A DNA stretch of 64,000 bases from positions 46,456 through 110,455 of the forward strand of contig JBBANI010000002.1 in NCBI GenBank assembly GCA_040402015.1. The letters run 5' to 3'. The notes under the pieces are model-generated. The model searched no databases, had not been told where the DNA came from, and saw only the letters and a program-made list of their open reading frames with translations. Source of the stretch: Ilumatobacteraceae bacterium (lineage in GTDB: Bacteria > Actinomycetota > Acidimicrobiia > Acidimicrobiales > Ilumatobacteraceae). Positions 38,078-47,731 of the stretch are shown one piece after another (positions within the stretch are counted from its first letter, which is position 1; every line of letters starts with the position of its first letter). The position numbers were made by a program, and so were the translations under genes.

Positions 38078-39445
38078 TTATTCGGCTGCGTCAGCAAGTG
38101 CTTCGGCAAGCGCTGGGTGCACTAACAAAGATTCTTCAATGTCTGTGACTTTGAGGCTCGCAGTAACTGCAAGAGCGATAACACTGATGAGTTCTGCTGC
38201 GTGACGCCCCACAATTGACCCACCCAATACTTCACCAGTAGCCGGGTCGCTAATGATTTTCACAAATCCACGCGAGTCGTTATTGATGAGTGCTTTGGCT
38301 GTTGTTGAAAATGGCACCTTCGTCACGCGAATTTTCCTGCCAGATGCGAAAGCTTCTGCTTCAGCTAAGCCCACATCAGCAATTTCGGGTTCCGTAAAGA
38401 TGGCGGATGCTGCTTTGTCGTAATCAAGATGACGATGTGGCCCTTTCGGCCCACCCACAACTTGCTCAGCAACCTTGCGTCCCTGCATGGCGGCAACTGA
38501 CGACAACGGTAGCTTTCCGCTCACATCACCAGCTGCGTAAATATGTTCAATATTGCTTTGGCAGTGACGATTGATGGGGATGTATCCGCCATCTGTAACG
38601 ACGCCTACTTCTTCTAAGCCAAGACCTTCAGTGTTGGGAAGAGAACCAATGGCAAGAACGACATGAGTTGTTTCAGATACGCGGCCATCATCGCACACGA
38701 CACGCACGCCTGTTTCTGTACGCTCAACAGAAGTGGCACGTGCACCTTTGAACAACCGCACCCCACGATTTAGGAAAGATTCTTCCAACACTGCTGCAAC
38801 TTCGGGGTCTTTGCCTGGCAGAACTTGTTGACGACTTACTACGAGAGTCACTTTTGAGCCGAACGACGCAAACATATGCGCGAATTCAACACCAGTGACA
38901 CCTGAACCAATGATGGTGACGCTCTCAGGGAAACTTTGTGGTGGATAGCAATGACGTGTTGTCAGAATGCGATCACCATCTGGAGTCACAAATGCAGGAA
39001 TACGCGGGCGAGAACCAGTTGAAATGAGAATGTCATCTGCTTCAAGTAGGTGCGTTGTTCCATCAGCCGCATCAACATGCACAGTGTGTGCAGAGACGAG
39101 TCGAGCGGTGCCAAGAATGACCGTGACACCTTGACTATGCAACAAGTTGTGAACATCGTTTGATAATCGTGTCTTTATGCTCTCAATCCGAGAGGTCAAT
39201 GCTGCAACATCTACTTCGGCCGTGCGATTTTCAAGCCCCATGCCAGACAAATTGTCGGTAAAGCTCATGGCTCCACCCGTAGCAATCATTGCTTTTGAAG
39301 GCACACAATCTAAAAGATGCGCTGCTCCGCCAAGTATCTCGCGCTCAATCAAGGTGACAGATACACCCCGACGAGCAGCAGCAGATGCCGCTGAATGACC
39401 TGCAGGCCCACCACCGATAATGACCAATTTTTTATCGACGTTCAC
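38078..39445 (-). CDS. pyridine nucleotide-disulfide oxidoreductase, LpdA(Rv3303c)-like NAD(P)H dehydrogenase (quinone) type
   Basis: 455 aa with IIGGGPAGH and an FAD/NAD fold. The redox-disulfide motif is reduced to a single Cys (GGAAHLLDCVPSK instead of GG.C.N.GC.PSK). Confidence 0.8.
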   Translation of the reverse strand: MNVDKKLVIIGGGPAGHSAASAAARRGVSVTLIEREILGGAAHLLDCVPSKAMIATGGAMSFTDNLSGMGLENRTAEVDVAALTSRIESIKTRLSNDVHNLLHSQGVTVILGTARLVSAHTVHVDAADGTTHLLEADDILISTGSRPRIPAFVTPDGDRILTTRHCYPPQSFPESVTIIGSGVTGVEFAHMFASFGSKVTLVVSRQQVLPGKDPEVAAVLEESFLNRGVRLFKGARATSVERTETGVRVVCDDGRVSETTHVVLAIGSLPNTEGLGLEEVGVVTDGGYIPINRHCQSNIEHIYAAGDVSGKLPLSSVAAMQGRKVAEQVVGGPKGPHRHLDYDKAASAIFTEPEIADVGLAEAEAFASGRKIRVTKVPFSTTAKALINNDSRGFVKIISDPATGEVLGGSIVGRHAAELISVIALAVTASLKVTDIEESLLVHPALAEALADAAE

Positions 39446-39450
39446 GTGTG

Positions 39451-40755
39451 TCAGGTTATCGGTGCTGTCGTGGTGGTCGTGGTTGTTGTCGTTGTCGTGG
39501 TCGAAGTAGGGCTCGTGGTCGTCGTGGTACCAAATTGTGGAAGGGTCACTGCCAGCAAGGGAGCTTTATTCGGGCAATACCGCGATGGATACCCCAACTG
39601 ATCTCGTTGTTCTCCGACATATTCAAAATGCATGCCATCTGCAGGCCAGAAGTTTCCGCCCCATGCAAATCCCCACTTTCGAAAGATTCGTACCACAGCA
39701 CAATTCATCTGCGGGACACCGCCTTGTGGGTTTGTATCTGTATTGATGTCAATTGCCATTCCCCACGCATGCCGAGATGGCGCTCCGAAGTTTCCAGCGA
39801 GCCTGTTGTAGCGCCCCACAAAACAGCCTCCATATCGATTCGAGTTTCGTGTATCGACAAATCGTGACAAACCGGCATTTTTTATTTCAGTGAGAGCACC
39901 TTGAATTGCGTCAATAACCATTCGGTGACAGTTGTTTCCTAATTTGATATCGGTGTAGCGCACCTTCCACGCGATGTTGCGCAATGTCCACGAGCCTGCA
40001 ACAAGAATCGAACTGCCAACAGTTGGACGATATGAAAACTCTCCCAATAACTTTTTAGTAGTAGCAGTGCCCAAAGTGCCATCGGGATTTTCTCTGTCCC
40101 ATGACGAGCGCAATCGATACACGGCTCCAATCCTGATGCCGTATTTCTTTAGCCCCGCGAGCACTGAGGCCGGCGAAACTATTTGGGTAATTGCAATCTG
40201 AGAGACAGGCATTTCTCCAAGCGCTGCGGCGGCTGAACTTGACATCAGTAAATCACCCCAGTCGACAAACTCATCGGCGACTATGGCGCCAATTGTGAAC
40301 GGACGCATCCAGAACTTGCGATCACGCAATATCAACACATCTCCTACTTGCGCTCCACGAACCTCGGCAGCAGTCGCACCCATCAACACTTGGCCACGCG
40401 TCAGAACGTCTGCCATTGCGTCTCCGCCAGTTCTGCGCACGTAACTAGATGAAGCAACCATGGTTGCCATGGGAATACGCCACCCCTCACCAAGACGAAG
40501 GAGATCTTTACCCCCACGTGTCTGAGCTGTCAGCGAGATGGTCGGGAATTTCAACGAGTGCGGTTCTGCACCTCCTGCAATAACACCAGCACTGATCTTC
40601 TTCACCTCTTGCGGTGTCAAACTTGACGCTGTCGACACTGACATTGTGGGCTCAAGCCCCGTGGTCGGGAAAGTAGTAGGTCCGACAGCAACTGCGCGCG
40701 AACTGACGGTCGATACCACCAGGGCAGTTATCGCTAGTGAAGTCCTCCATCGCAC
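39451..40755 (-). CDS. secreted M15-family (VanY-like) D,D-/L,D-carboxypeptidase with unknown N-terminal domain and C-terminal poly-Thr tail
   Basis: Signal peptide present. M15 zinc motifs SRHAWGMAIDIN and DGMHFEY. The C-terminus is GTTTTTSPTS(T)12APIT. Confidence 0.75.
   Translation of the reverse strand: MRWRTSLAITALVVSTVSSRAVAVGPTTFPTTGLEPTMSVSTASSLTPQEVKKISAGVIAGGAEPHSLKFPTISLTAQTRGGKDLLRLGEGWRIPMATMVASSSYVRRTGGDAMADVLTRGQVLMGATAAEVRGAQVGDVLILRDRKFWMRPFTIGAIVADEFVDWGDLLMSSSAAAALGEMPVSQIAITQIVSPASVLAGLKKYGIRIGAVYRLRSSWDRENPDGTLGTATTKKLLGEFSYRPTVGSSILVAGSWTLRNIAWKVRYTDIKLGNNCHRMVIDAIQGALTEIKNAGLSRFVDTRNSNRYGGCFVGRYNRLAGNFGAPSRHAWGMAIDINTDTNPQGGVPQMNCAVVRIFRKWGFAWGGNFWPADGMHFEYVGEQRDQLGYPSRYCPNKAPLLAVTLPQFGTTTTTSPTSTTTTTTTTTTTTAPIT
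39454..39528 (-). repeat. poly-Thr coding tract (12 consecutive Thr) at the extreme C-terminus
   Basis: Decoded codon by codon: T5-S-P-T-S-T12-A-P-I-T-stop, with mixed ACN codons. Confidence 0.9.
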
Positions 40756-40776
40756 CCGTTTGACCGTAGTTGATGA

Positions 40777-42327
40777 ATGGCTTCCCCGTTCAGTAGTTGG
40801 GCGAACTACCGTAGAGATTCTGTGAGTGATGAATCTGTAGAATTAGGAACTAATGGCCTCGAGCAAGAGAAGGCGCGCCGACTTGGCTCGCTTGCTGCAC
40901 TTCGAGCCGTGGGCACTAATCCCTACCCATACCGCTTTGATCGCAGCCACACCCTTGGCGAGATTCGCAAAGAATACGGTGCCCTTGAATCTGGCTCTGA
41001 AACAGAGACCCACGTCACCGTCGCAGGCCGAATTCTGCTGAAGCGTGATCAGGGAAAACTTATTTTCGCCACACTGCAAGACCGGGAAACTTCAATTCAG
41101 TTGTTCGTCTCTAAGGCAATCGTCGGAGATGATGAGTTTGATGCCATCAACAATCTGGATCTCGGCGACTGGGTAGGCGCAACAGGCATTGTCATGACAA
41201 CCCGTAAAGGCGAATTGTCAATCAAGGTCGATTCTGTAGTTCTGCTGTCAAAGGCAGTACGCCCACTTCCCGACAAATGGCACGGCCTTACCGATACTGA
41301 CACCCGTTATCGCCAGCGTTATGCAGACCTCATTGGCAACGAAGAGTCGCGTCGCATGTTTGCAGTTCGCCACGCAGTCATTGCCAGCTTTCGACGTACT
41401 TTGCACGAACGCGGATTCATTGAAGTCGAGACTCCGGTACTGCACGTTGAGGCTGGTGGCGCACATGCTCGACCATTCGTCACTCATCACAATGCACTCG
41501 ATATGACCTTGTATCTACGTATTGCGCTCGAGCTACATCTCAAGCGGCTCATTGTTGGCGGTATGGAACGAGTATTCGAAATCGGCCGTGTGTTCCGCAA
41601 TGAAGGAATCTCGACTCGACACAACCCTGAATTCACCATGATGGAGTTGTACCAAGCATTCGCCGATTACACCGACATCATGGACCTCACGGAAGTTTTA
41701 TTCGTCAATGCGGCAAATGATGCCACCGGCTCATCCACGGTATTGATTGATGACATCCCCGTTGACCTTGCCAAGCCATGGCGCAGGGTGCGAATGATTG
41801 ACCTTGTAAAAGAAGCAACCGGTGTTGAAGTTCACCCGTCGCAACCACGTGAACAACTCGTGACTCTTGCCGAAAAATATGGCATCAAAGTTTTGCCACA
41901 TTTTGGGTCTGGAAAAATCATTGAAGAACTCTTTGACGCAACATGCGAAGCCGCACTACGTGAACCAACCTTCGTTACAGGCCACCCAGTCGAAATTAGC
42001 CCACTTGCCCGCGTTGACCGCAACGACCCACACCTCACAGAACGATTCGAATTGTTCGTCGGTGGACGCGAATTAGCAAATGCCTACTCAGAACTAAACG
42101 ACCCTGTCGAACAACGTCTTCGTTTTGAAGACGAACAGAAGTCAAAAGAGGCCGGCAATGCCGAAGCCGGCACGGTTGATGAAGACTTCTTGCGTGCCAT
42201 GGAATACGGAATGCCTCCAACAGGTGGCCTCGGTATCGGCCTGGACCGCTTAGTCATGTTGATCGGTAACGCTCAATCAATTCGCGACGTCATCTTGTTC
42301 CCAACACTTCGCCTGGAGGCTTTCTAA
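40777..42327 (+). CDS. lysS: lysine--tRNA ligase, class II
   Basis: OB-fold N-terminal domain, motif 2 RVFRNEG, and motif 3 [11 protein letters not shown]. An alternative GTG start lies at 40822. Confidence 0.9.
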   Translation: MASPFSSWANYRRDSVSDESVELGTNGLEQEKARRLGSLAALRAVGTNPYPYRFDRSHTLGEIRKEYGALESGSETETHVTVAGRILLKRDQGKLIFATLQDRETSIQLFVSKAIVGDDEFDAINNLDLGDWVGATGIVMTTRKGELSIKVDSVVLLSKAVRPLPDKWHGLTDTDTRYRQRYADLIGNEESRRMFAVRHAVIASFRRTLHERGFIEVETPVLHVEAGGAHARPFVTHHNALDMTLYLRIALELHLKRLIVGGMERVFEIGRVFRNEGISTRHNPEFTMMELYQAFADYTDIMDLTEVLFVNAANDATGSSTVLIDDIPVDLAKPWRRVRMIDLVKEATGVEVHPSQPREQLVTLAEKYGIKVLPHFGSGKIIEELFDATCEAALREPTFVTGHPVEISPLARVDRNDPHLTERFELFVGGRELANAYSELNDPVEQRLRFEDEQKSKEAGNAEAGTVDEDFLRAMEYGMPPTGGLGIGLDRLVMLIGNAQSIRDVILFPTLRLEAF

Positions 42328-43247
42328 TGTCAGATCACGCATGGGGTGTTGGTATCGCAACACTCGATTCAAATGGAGCAACACTTGATGTTCGCTTTCG
42401 CACTGTTGGCCTCGGTAAATTCTCCTCGGCTGACGCACCATCGTATCAACCAAGTGTTGATACAGATCGTGATCGTGGTGTGGCATTTGAAGCCGTAACT
42501 GTTGAGATTGATATTTCCGCAGCACCCACAAGCGCAGCAGATGTGTATTTGCGCCTCAATTTGCTTTCACAACGGTTTGTCAAGCCTCGAACCATCAACC
42601 TTGATGGAGCATTTGGATTACTACAAAATGTTGCTTGGACTTCACGTGGCCCCGTTGCCGTCGAGGCACTCGAATCTGTCGCATGGAACCTTGCACAACG
42701 GGGCGAACATCTTGTCGTGCACGGTGTTGATAAGTTCCCACGCATGACCGACTATGTCGTTCCTTCTGGTGTGCGCATTGCAGATGCAAGTCGCGTGCGC
42801 CTTGGTGCACACCTTGCACCAGGCACAACAGTGATGCACGAAGGTTTCTGCAATTTCAATGCCGGAACATTGGGCGCTTCAATGGTAGAAGGTCGCATCT
42901 CTGCAGGAGTGATTGTCGGTGATGGCTCAGACATTGGCGGCGGCGCATCCATCATGGGAACGCTTTCTGGTGGCGGAAAAGAAATGGTCACCATTGGCGA
43001 GGGTTGTCTTCTCGGTGCAAACTCTGGCATCGGCATCAGTCTTGGCGATGATTGCATCGTGGAAGCCGGCCTCTACGTCACTGCCGGCACTGTTGTCATT
43101 GACCCTTCTGGCTCAAATGTGAAAGCCAAACTGCTCTCTGGTCAGTCCAACTTGTTGTTCCGCCGAAATTCATTAACTGGCGCAGTCGAAGTCATCGCGC
43201 GCTCAGGTTCATGGGGCGGCCTCAATGCTGACCTTCATAAGAACTAA
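42327..43247 (+). CDS. dapD: 2,3,4,5-tetrahydropyridine-2,6-dicarboxylate N-succinyltransferase (actinobacterial type)
   Basis: 306 aa. The C-terminal half has left-handed beta-helix hexapeptide repeats ([53 protein letters not shown]). TAATG overlap with lysS. Confidence 0.75.
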   Translation: MSDHAWGVGIATLDSNGATLDVRFRTVGLGKFSSADAPSYQPSVDTDRDRGVAFEAVTVEIDISAAPTSAADVYLRLNLLSQRFVKPRTINLDGAFGLLQNVAWTSRGPVAVEALESVAWNLAQRGEHLVVHGVDKFPRMTDYVVPSGVRIADASRVRLGAHLAPGTTVMHEGFCNFNAGTLGASMVEGRISAGVIVGDGSDIGGGASIMGTLSGGGKEMVTIGEGCLLGANSGIGISLGDDCIVEAGLYVTAGTVVIDPSGSNVKAKLLSGQSNLLFRRNSLTGAVEVIARSGSWGGLNADLHKN

Positions 43248-43801
43248 TGACACCTGACGAACTTGAAACTCTGATTACTGCGCGTCGCAGCAACCTACTG
43301 ATTGATGCTGCACGTTCCGTCGATGATGCATTCATTCAGCGAATAATTTCTGTTGCTCAATGGGCACCGAACCATAAGCGCACCTGGCCACTTCGTATCG
43401 CTGTAATTACAGGAGATTCGCGAAGCACTCTTGGCAACACCATCGCAGACGCCATGGCCGCCCAGGGGGACGACGCAATGAAAGTGACGAAGACTCGTGG
43501 AAAATTCATGCGTACGCCCGTTGTCTTAGTTATTGCCGCAGCCATAGGTCATAGTGACAACGAAACAGAAGAGAACAAGTACGCAGTTGCTGCTGGTGTT
43601 CAAAACATGTTGTTGATGACCGAGTCATTCGGACTTGCGGCATTATGGGGATCCCCAGCAAAAGGTGCGAACGACGCAATCACCGCGTTGTGTTCAATGG
43701 ATCTCACAGATCACGTGATAGGCATTATTTATCTTGGTTGGCCAACACAGTCAGTCGGAACTCCCGAACGTCCTTCCAATCAGGTCACTTACCTCACGTA
43801 A
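43247..43801 (+). CDS. nitroreductase-family protein
   Basis: 184 aa with RRSN.., APNHKRTWP and the nitroreductase fold pattern. TAATG overlap with dapD. Confidence 0.7.
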   Translation: MTPDELETLITARRSNLLIDAARSVDDAFIQRIISVAQWAPNHKRTWPLRIAVITGDSRSTLGNTIADAMAAQGDDAMKVTKTRGKFMRTPVVLVIAAAIGHSDNETEENKYAVAAGVQNMLLMTESFGLAALWGSPAKGANDAITALCSMDLTDHVIGIIYLGWPTQSVGTPERPSNQVTYLT

Positions 43802-43914
43802 TACAAAGTGGCCGCACCGAACAAAGCAAACTTTCAATGAACGCGAAGTAAATTGCGCCATACATGATGTCGGTTTCTTCATGGACATCTCGGAAAGTTT
43901 TTAGAATCGTCTAG

Positions 43915-46008
43915 GTGAATAAGGCGGGCGTACAGGAGAAATTGGAAATTTCTCCGCGTGACGTCGCACTCGACGGACTGCGCGCTATCGCCATTCTCCG
44001 AGTCATTACCTGGCATGCAAGCGGATGGTCTTGGACTACCTGGATCATTTCTTCCGTTCCTGCAATGTTTGTTGTTACCGGAGCACTTTTAGCGCGCTCA
44101 CTGCAGAAGGCCTCTGCGTTTCATACTCTTTCGAAACGTTTCAAACGATTACTGCTCCCGTTGTGGTTCTATTCGCTCACCGTTTACCTTCTCTCAAAGC
44201 ACTTTCATGTTCGCACTTCTGCAGTGTGGACCTTTTTTTTACCTTTTAGTCAACCAACTTCCCTGATAGCGAACCAATGGTTCACCTCGGCAATGTGGTA
44301 CCTGCGTGCATACGTATGGGTACTCATACTTTCCCCGTTTATCTATGCACTGACCCGCAAGTGGAAATCCATCATTCCAATGACGGGCATTATCGCTGTG
44401 GTTGTGCTTGGAGTTTCGAATATCGATACCGCCGGTTTTGGTTGGGCAGTCGGAGACATTGTGTTGTATTCAACATGCACCGCAGCAGGAATGGCCTGGC
44501 TCGTGCAAGGTCGACCAGCCCCGCGAACTCTTCACTTCGCCGCATTCACATTTCTTGTAGGTGCGTGCGGTTGGTTGCTGTTTCGGCAACCGCTAGATGG
44601 TGTTGTCAATAACGATCATGTGCTGCATCTCTTCGTCGGCGGCTTCTGGACTGCTCTCTTGTTGCATTTTCCACGAACCTTGTCATCTTTTTCCTTAACT
44701 GCAGTGTCTCGATTTCTTAATAGATTCCCACTCAGTATCTATCTGTGGCATTCCATGACAGCCTGGTTCTTTTGGCAATTGGTTCCGAACGCAATCCCGA
44801 CAAACGCGCGTGTTCTATTCATTGTTGCTCTTACATTTTTCGCACTGCCCGTTGTTACGTATCTCATCGGGCTTTTCGAGCACCGAAAGGAGGGCTGGCT
44901 CTCTCTCCTTCATGTCTCTCCACGAATCATTCTGGCAGTCGCCATTTTGCTTGCAATCAATGTTGGCCCGCTCAGTCGCAGATTAGATTTTGTTCGTACG
45001 CCTTTGAATCAGCCATTGCCCCCCTCTGCAGCACCGAAGGTAGTGAAGATTGAAATTGAAGATGATGTGAAGAAATTCCTCGATTCTTCAGCTTTCAAAG
45101 ACGACACATGGTCTGTGCGTGAAACTGAAATGCAATTAATTCTGGATAAGCGCACGACAGAGATGGGGCTTGGCCAAGCACGCGCGATTGTTGTTACCCG
45201 TGATGGTCATGTATGGCATGGAACCTCAGGAAATATGAAAACGTTTGACCAACCAAGCTTGATCGGCAGTTTGACAAAAACATTTACTTCGACATTGATT
45301 ATGCAATTAGTGGACGAAGGGCTTATTTCCCTAGATGACCGTGTGGGCGACATGGGAATGGGATTCAAACACGGACAAATCACCATTCGTCAACTTCTGA
45401 CCCACACATCAGGGCTCTCAAAGTACAAAACGAAGAATGGATACGTTGCAAAAGGCACAACACCCATGGACGTGCTCAGGTACGTCAGTAACCAACCACT
45501 CCGATCTCCTCCAGGGTCATACGTTGACTATTCAACTTCCGGCTTTTCACTTCTCGGGTTGATACTCGAACAAAAGACTGGAAAAACTTTCGAAGAACTT
45601 TTGCGGAGCAGAATCACCGACCCATTGGGCTACACCATTTCTACTTTTCGTGGCGACTACGGGAGCATCGGTTTTTCAACTGGCGGAATCATAATGACGA
45701 TGGATGACCTGGCGGATTGGTCTCGTCGCTATTTCTTTGACAGAACCACAACAAAGCAGTCTTGGGATTGGTCCGTGCGTGTCACCACCGGTGTGGGTAC
45801 GCACGGATATTGCCCATGTCGCAATAAGTCATTTCTGGCGCTCGGACATATCGGTGGACGAACGTTTGCATCTGCCGATGGAGACGGAACTGTCGTCATC
45901 ATTGACACCACCGGAATTCTTGTTCTGAATAACTACAAAAAGACGCAAACCTTTGCGCAAGAATTACGTCTTGTTGCGGGCGGTGGAAAGAAATACCTGT
46001 ACCCATGA
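43915..46008 (+). CDS. fusion protein: acyltransferase-3 (AT3) membrane domain + C-terminal beta-lactamase/PBP-fold serine hydrolase domain
   Basis: 697 aa with a GTG start. The AT3 signature LDGLRAIAILRVITWH is followed by about 10 TM segments, then a linker PLPPSAAPK. The C-terminal domain has SLTKT (SxxK), DYSTSG (YxN-like) and GHIGG (HxG). Confidence 0.8.
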   Translation: MNKAGVQEKLEISPRDVALDGLRAIAILRVITWHASGWSWTTWIISSVPAMFVVTGALLARSLQKASAFHTLSKRFKRLLLPLWFYSLTVYLLSKHFHVRTSAVWTFFLPFSQPTSLIANQWFTSAMWYLRAYVWVLILSPFIYALTRKWKSIIPMTGIIAVVVLGVSNIDTAGFGWAVGDIVLYSTCTAAGMAWLVQGRPAPRTLHFAAFTFLVGACGWLLFRQPLDGVVNNDHVLHLFVGGFWTALLLHFPRTLSSFSLTAVSRFLNRFPLSIYLWHSMTAWFFWQLVPNAIPTNARVLFIVALTFFALPVVTYLIGLFEHRKEGWLSLLHVSPRIILAVAILLAINVGPLSRRLDFVRTPLNQPLPPSAAPKVVKIEIEDDVKKFLDSSAFKDDTWSVRETEMQLILDKRTTEMGLGQARAIVVTRDGHVWHGTSGNMKTFDQPSLIGSLTKTFTSTLIMQLVDEGLISLDDRVGDMGMGFKHGQITIRQLLTHTSGLSKYKTKNGYVAKGTTPMDVLRYVSNQPLRSPPGSYVDYSTSGFSLLGLILEQKTGKTFEELLRSRITDPLGYTISTFRGDYGSIGFSTGGIIMTMDDLADWSRRYFFDRTTTKQSWDWSVRVTTGVGTHGYCPCRNKSFLALGHIGGRTFASADGDGTVVIIDTTGILVLNNYKKTQTFAQELRLVAGGGKKYLYP

Positions 46009-47726
46009 TGAGAACCATCTCTCGCCTTCACCAACGCGTGCTTTACGCCGTAGCAGTCGTTCCTGGATTTTTGTTCATGCTCTTCCTCGAATGGCAATCG
46101 AGTGAGAATCCATGGGGATCACGTCGATTCACATTGTTCGACGATGCAATGATTTCAATGGATTACGGGCGAACTCTCGCAAAGACCGGAGAAATGGTCT
46201 GGTTTCCCGGCGCCCCCCGTGTACAAGGATTCACGAATCCATTATGGACGCTCTGGATGGCCTTCGTTCACCTTGTTGGCTTTAACGGATCATCCGCCGC
46301 CTTAATGATTTCACTCACTGGAGTTCTTCTCATTCTCGCTTCATCATGGATCATCTTCGACCTGGTGCTCACCCACTGTGCGGGCAACAACCACTTGATT
46401 GCAGTACTTGCAGCAGGTTCTCTGCCCTTTCTGTATCCACTCACCTATTGGACATTGCGAGGAATGGAAGTAGGAGCGCTCACGTTCTTTTGTCTTCTTT
46501 TGTTACGAGCAACCGTCAACCACATTCGAGACGGCAGAGTCCGCATCAGCTTTTCTATGATTCTCCCGATCGTGCTTGGTATCGCCACGCGATTTGATTT
46601 CGCAATCTTCTGTGTTGTTGCGGTTGCAGCACTTCTGCTGTGGGGGCCTGCCTACATAAAAATGCGGCTTGTTGCCCTATATGGCGTGATCATCGTTGCG
46701 ACCGCTGGAATGGTATGTCTTGCTCAAAAGTTGTATTGGGGAAGCTGGTTACCAAACACGTATCACCTGAAAATGGATGGTGTCTCACCAATCGATCGCA
46801 TCTCACGTGGCCTGGCCTCTAGCGCTAAAACTTCAGTGCTATTCGCAATCATTGCTATCGCCGTTATCAGCCAATTGCGGTCAAAAGAGTTCGAGCGGCG
46901 AGTTGTTCTCATTGCGTCAGCAATGTTTGTGGCAATGGCTGCGTACACCGTATACATCGGTGGGGATGCATGGGAAGCCGAGATGTTCAATCGCTTCTAC
47001 GCCACAATTCTTCCATTGGTGCCTCTCATAGTCGGTTTGTCTTTCAATACCGTTCGGAAACGAATCACCACGGCATTCATTTCTCTTGCCGTACTGGTCA
47101 CCTCAATTGGCGCTGGCGTCACCGTGAATCCATTCGGATTTTCTGACAAGCATTTTTACATCGTGGCTATTGTGTCCATTGCAAGTGCTGTCATAGTCTT
47201 TCTCGTCTCGTTCATTCCACGCGATGGTCTCATGGCAGGAGCAGTAGTTGCAGCAGTTTGCCTCATTGTCAGTGCGTATCCGATGGCGCAACAGCAAAGA
47301 AACAGTGATCTTCTCCTTGCACGAACAAACCTTTTTGTCACCGAATCAGTAGAGACCATGCGCGATACAACCGAAACGGGAGCAAGCATTGGCACCATTT
47401 GGGCCGGTGTTCCCACCTACTACTCGCATCGAACAATGCTTGATTTGCTCGGCAAGAACGACACGTTTATTGCGACAAGTGCTCCCCACGGTGAATTTTT
47501 TCCGGGGCACAACAAGTGGGATTACGACTACAGCATCGGCAAACTACAACCAGATGTTATTTTTCAAACATTTGATCGTGATATTGAAAAAAACCTTCAC
47601 GAAAGAATCGCTAACTGGGGGTACAACAAAATGTGCCCAATCACCGGCACATTTGGTTCACGTGGTTACTACTACCGCACAAACAGCGCACAAATTAAGT
47701 GGAATACGCTCAAAAAATGCGTGTAG
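46005..47726 (+). CDS. polytopic membrane protein, GT-C-like glycosyltransferase candidate
   Basis: 573 aa with more than 10 TM segments. The first extracytoplasmic loop has an acidic pair (FTLFDDAMISMDYGRTLAKTGEMVWFPGAPRVQGFTNPLW). A soluble C-terminal domain of about 130 aa follows. ATGA overlap with the upstream gene. The family call is an inference. Confidence 0.55.
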   Translation: MMRTISRLHQRVLYAVAVVPGFLFMLFLEWQSSENPWGSRRFTLFDDAMISMDYGRTLAKTGEMVWFPGAPRVQGFTNPLWTLWMAFVHLVGFNGSSAALMISLTGVLLILASSWIIFDLVLTHCAGNNHLIAVLAAGSLPFLYPLTYWTLRGMEVGALTFFCLLLLRATVNHIRDGRVRISFSMILPIVLGIATRFDFAIFCVVAVAALLLWGPAYIKMRLVALYGVIIVATAGMVCLAQKLYWGSWLPNTYHLKMDGVSPIDRISRGLASSAKTSVLFAIIAIAVISQLRSKEFERRVVLIASAMFVAMAAYTVYIGGDAWEAEMFNRFYATILPLVPLIVGLSFNTVRKRITTAFISLAVLVTSIGAGVTVNPFGFSDKHFYIVAIVSIASAVIVFLVSFIPRDGLMAGAVVAAVCLIVSAYPMAQQQRNSDLLLARTNLFVTESVETMRDTTETGASIGTIWAGVPTYYSHRTMLDLLGKNDTFIATSAPHGEFFPGHNKWDYDYSIGKLQPDVIFQTFDRDIEKNLHERIANWGYNKMCPITGTFGSRGYYYRTNSAQIKWNTLKKCV

Positions 47727-47731
47727 TTGCA

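Noticed and set aside
39454-39531. Short-period GGT/CGT/TGT DNA repeat that could be taken for a microsatellite or CRISPR-like repeat (also at 25987-26083)
   Set aside because: It is in-frame coding sequence for poly-Thr with mixed codons. There are no spacers, no repeat units longer than 3 nt and no cas genes.
43802-43914. 113-nt intergenic region upstream of the AT3 fusion as a possible riboswitch or sRNA
   Set aside because: I could find no convincing stem-loops, conserved riboswitch cores or terminator. It is most simply a promoter and leader region.
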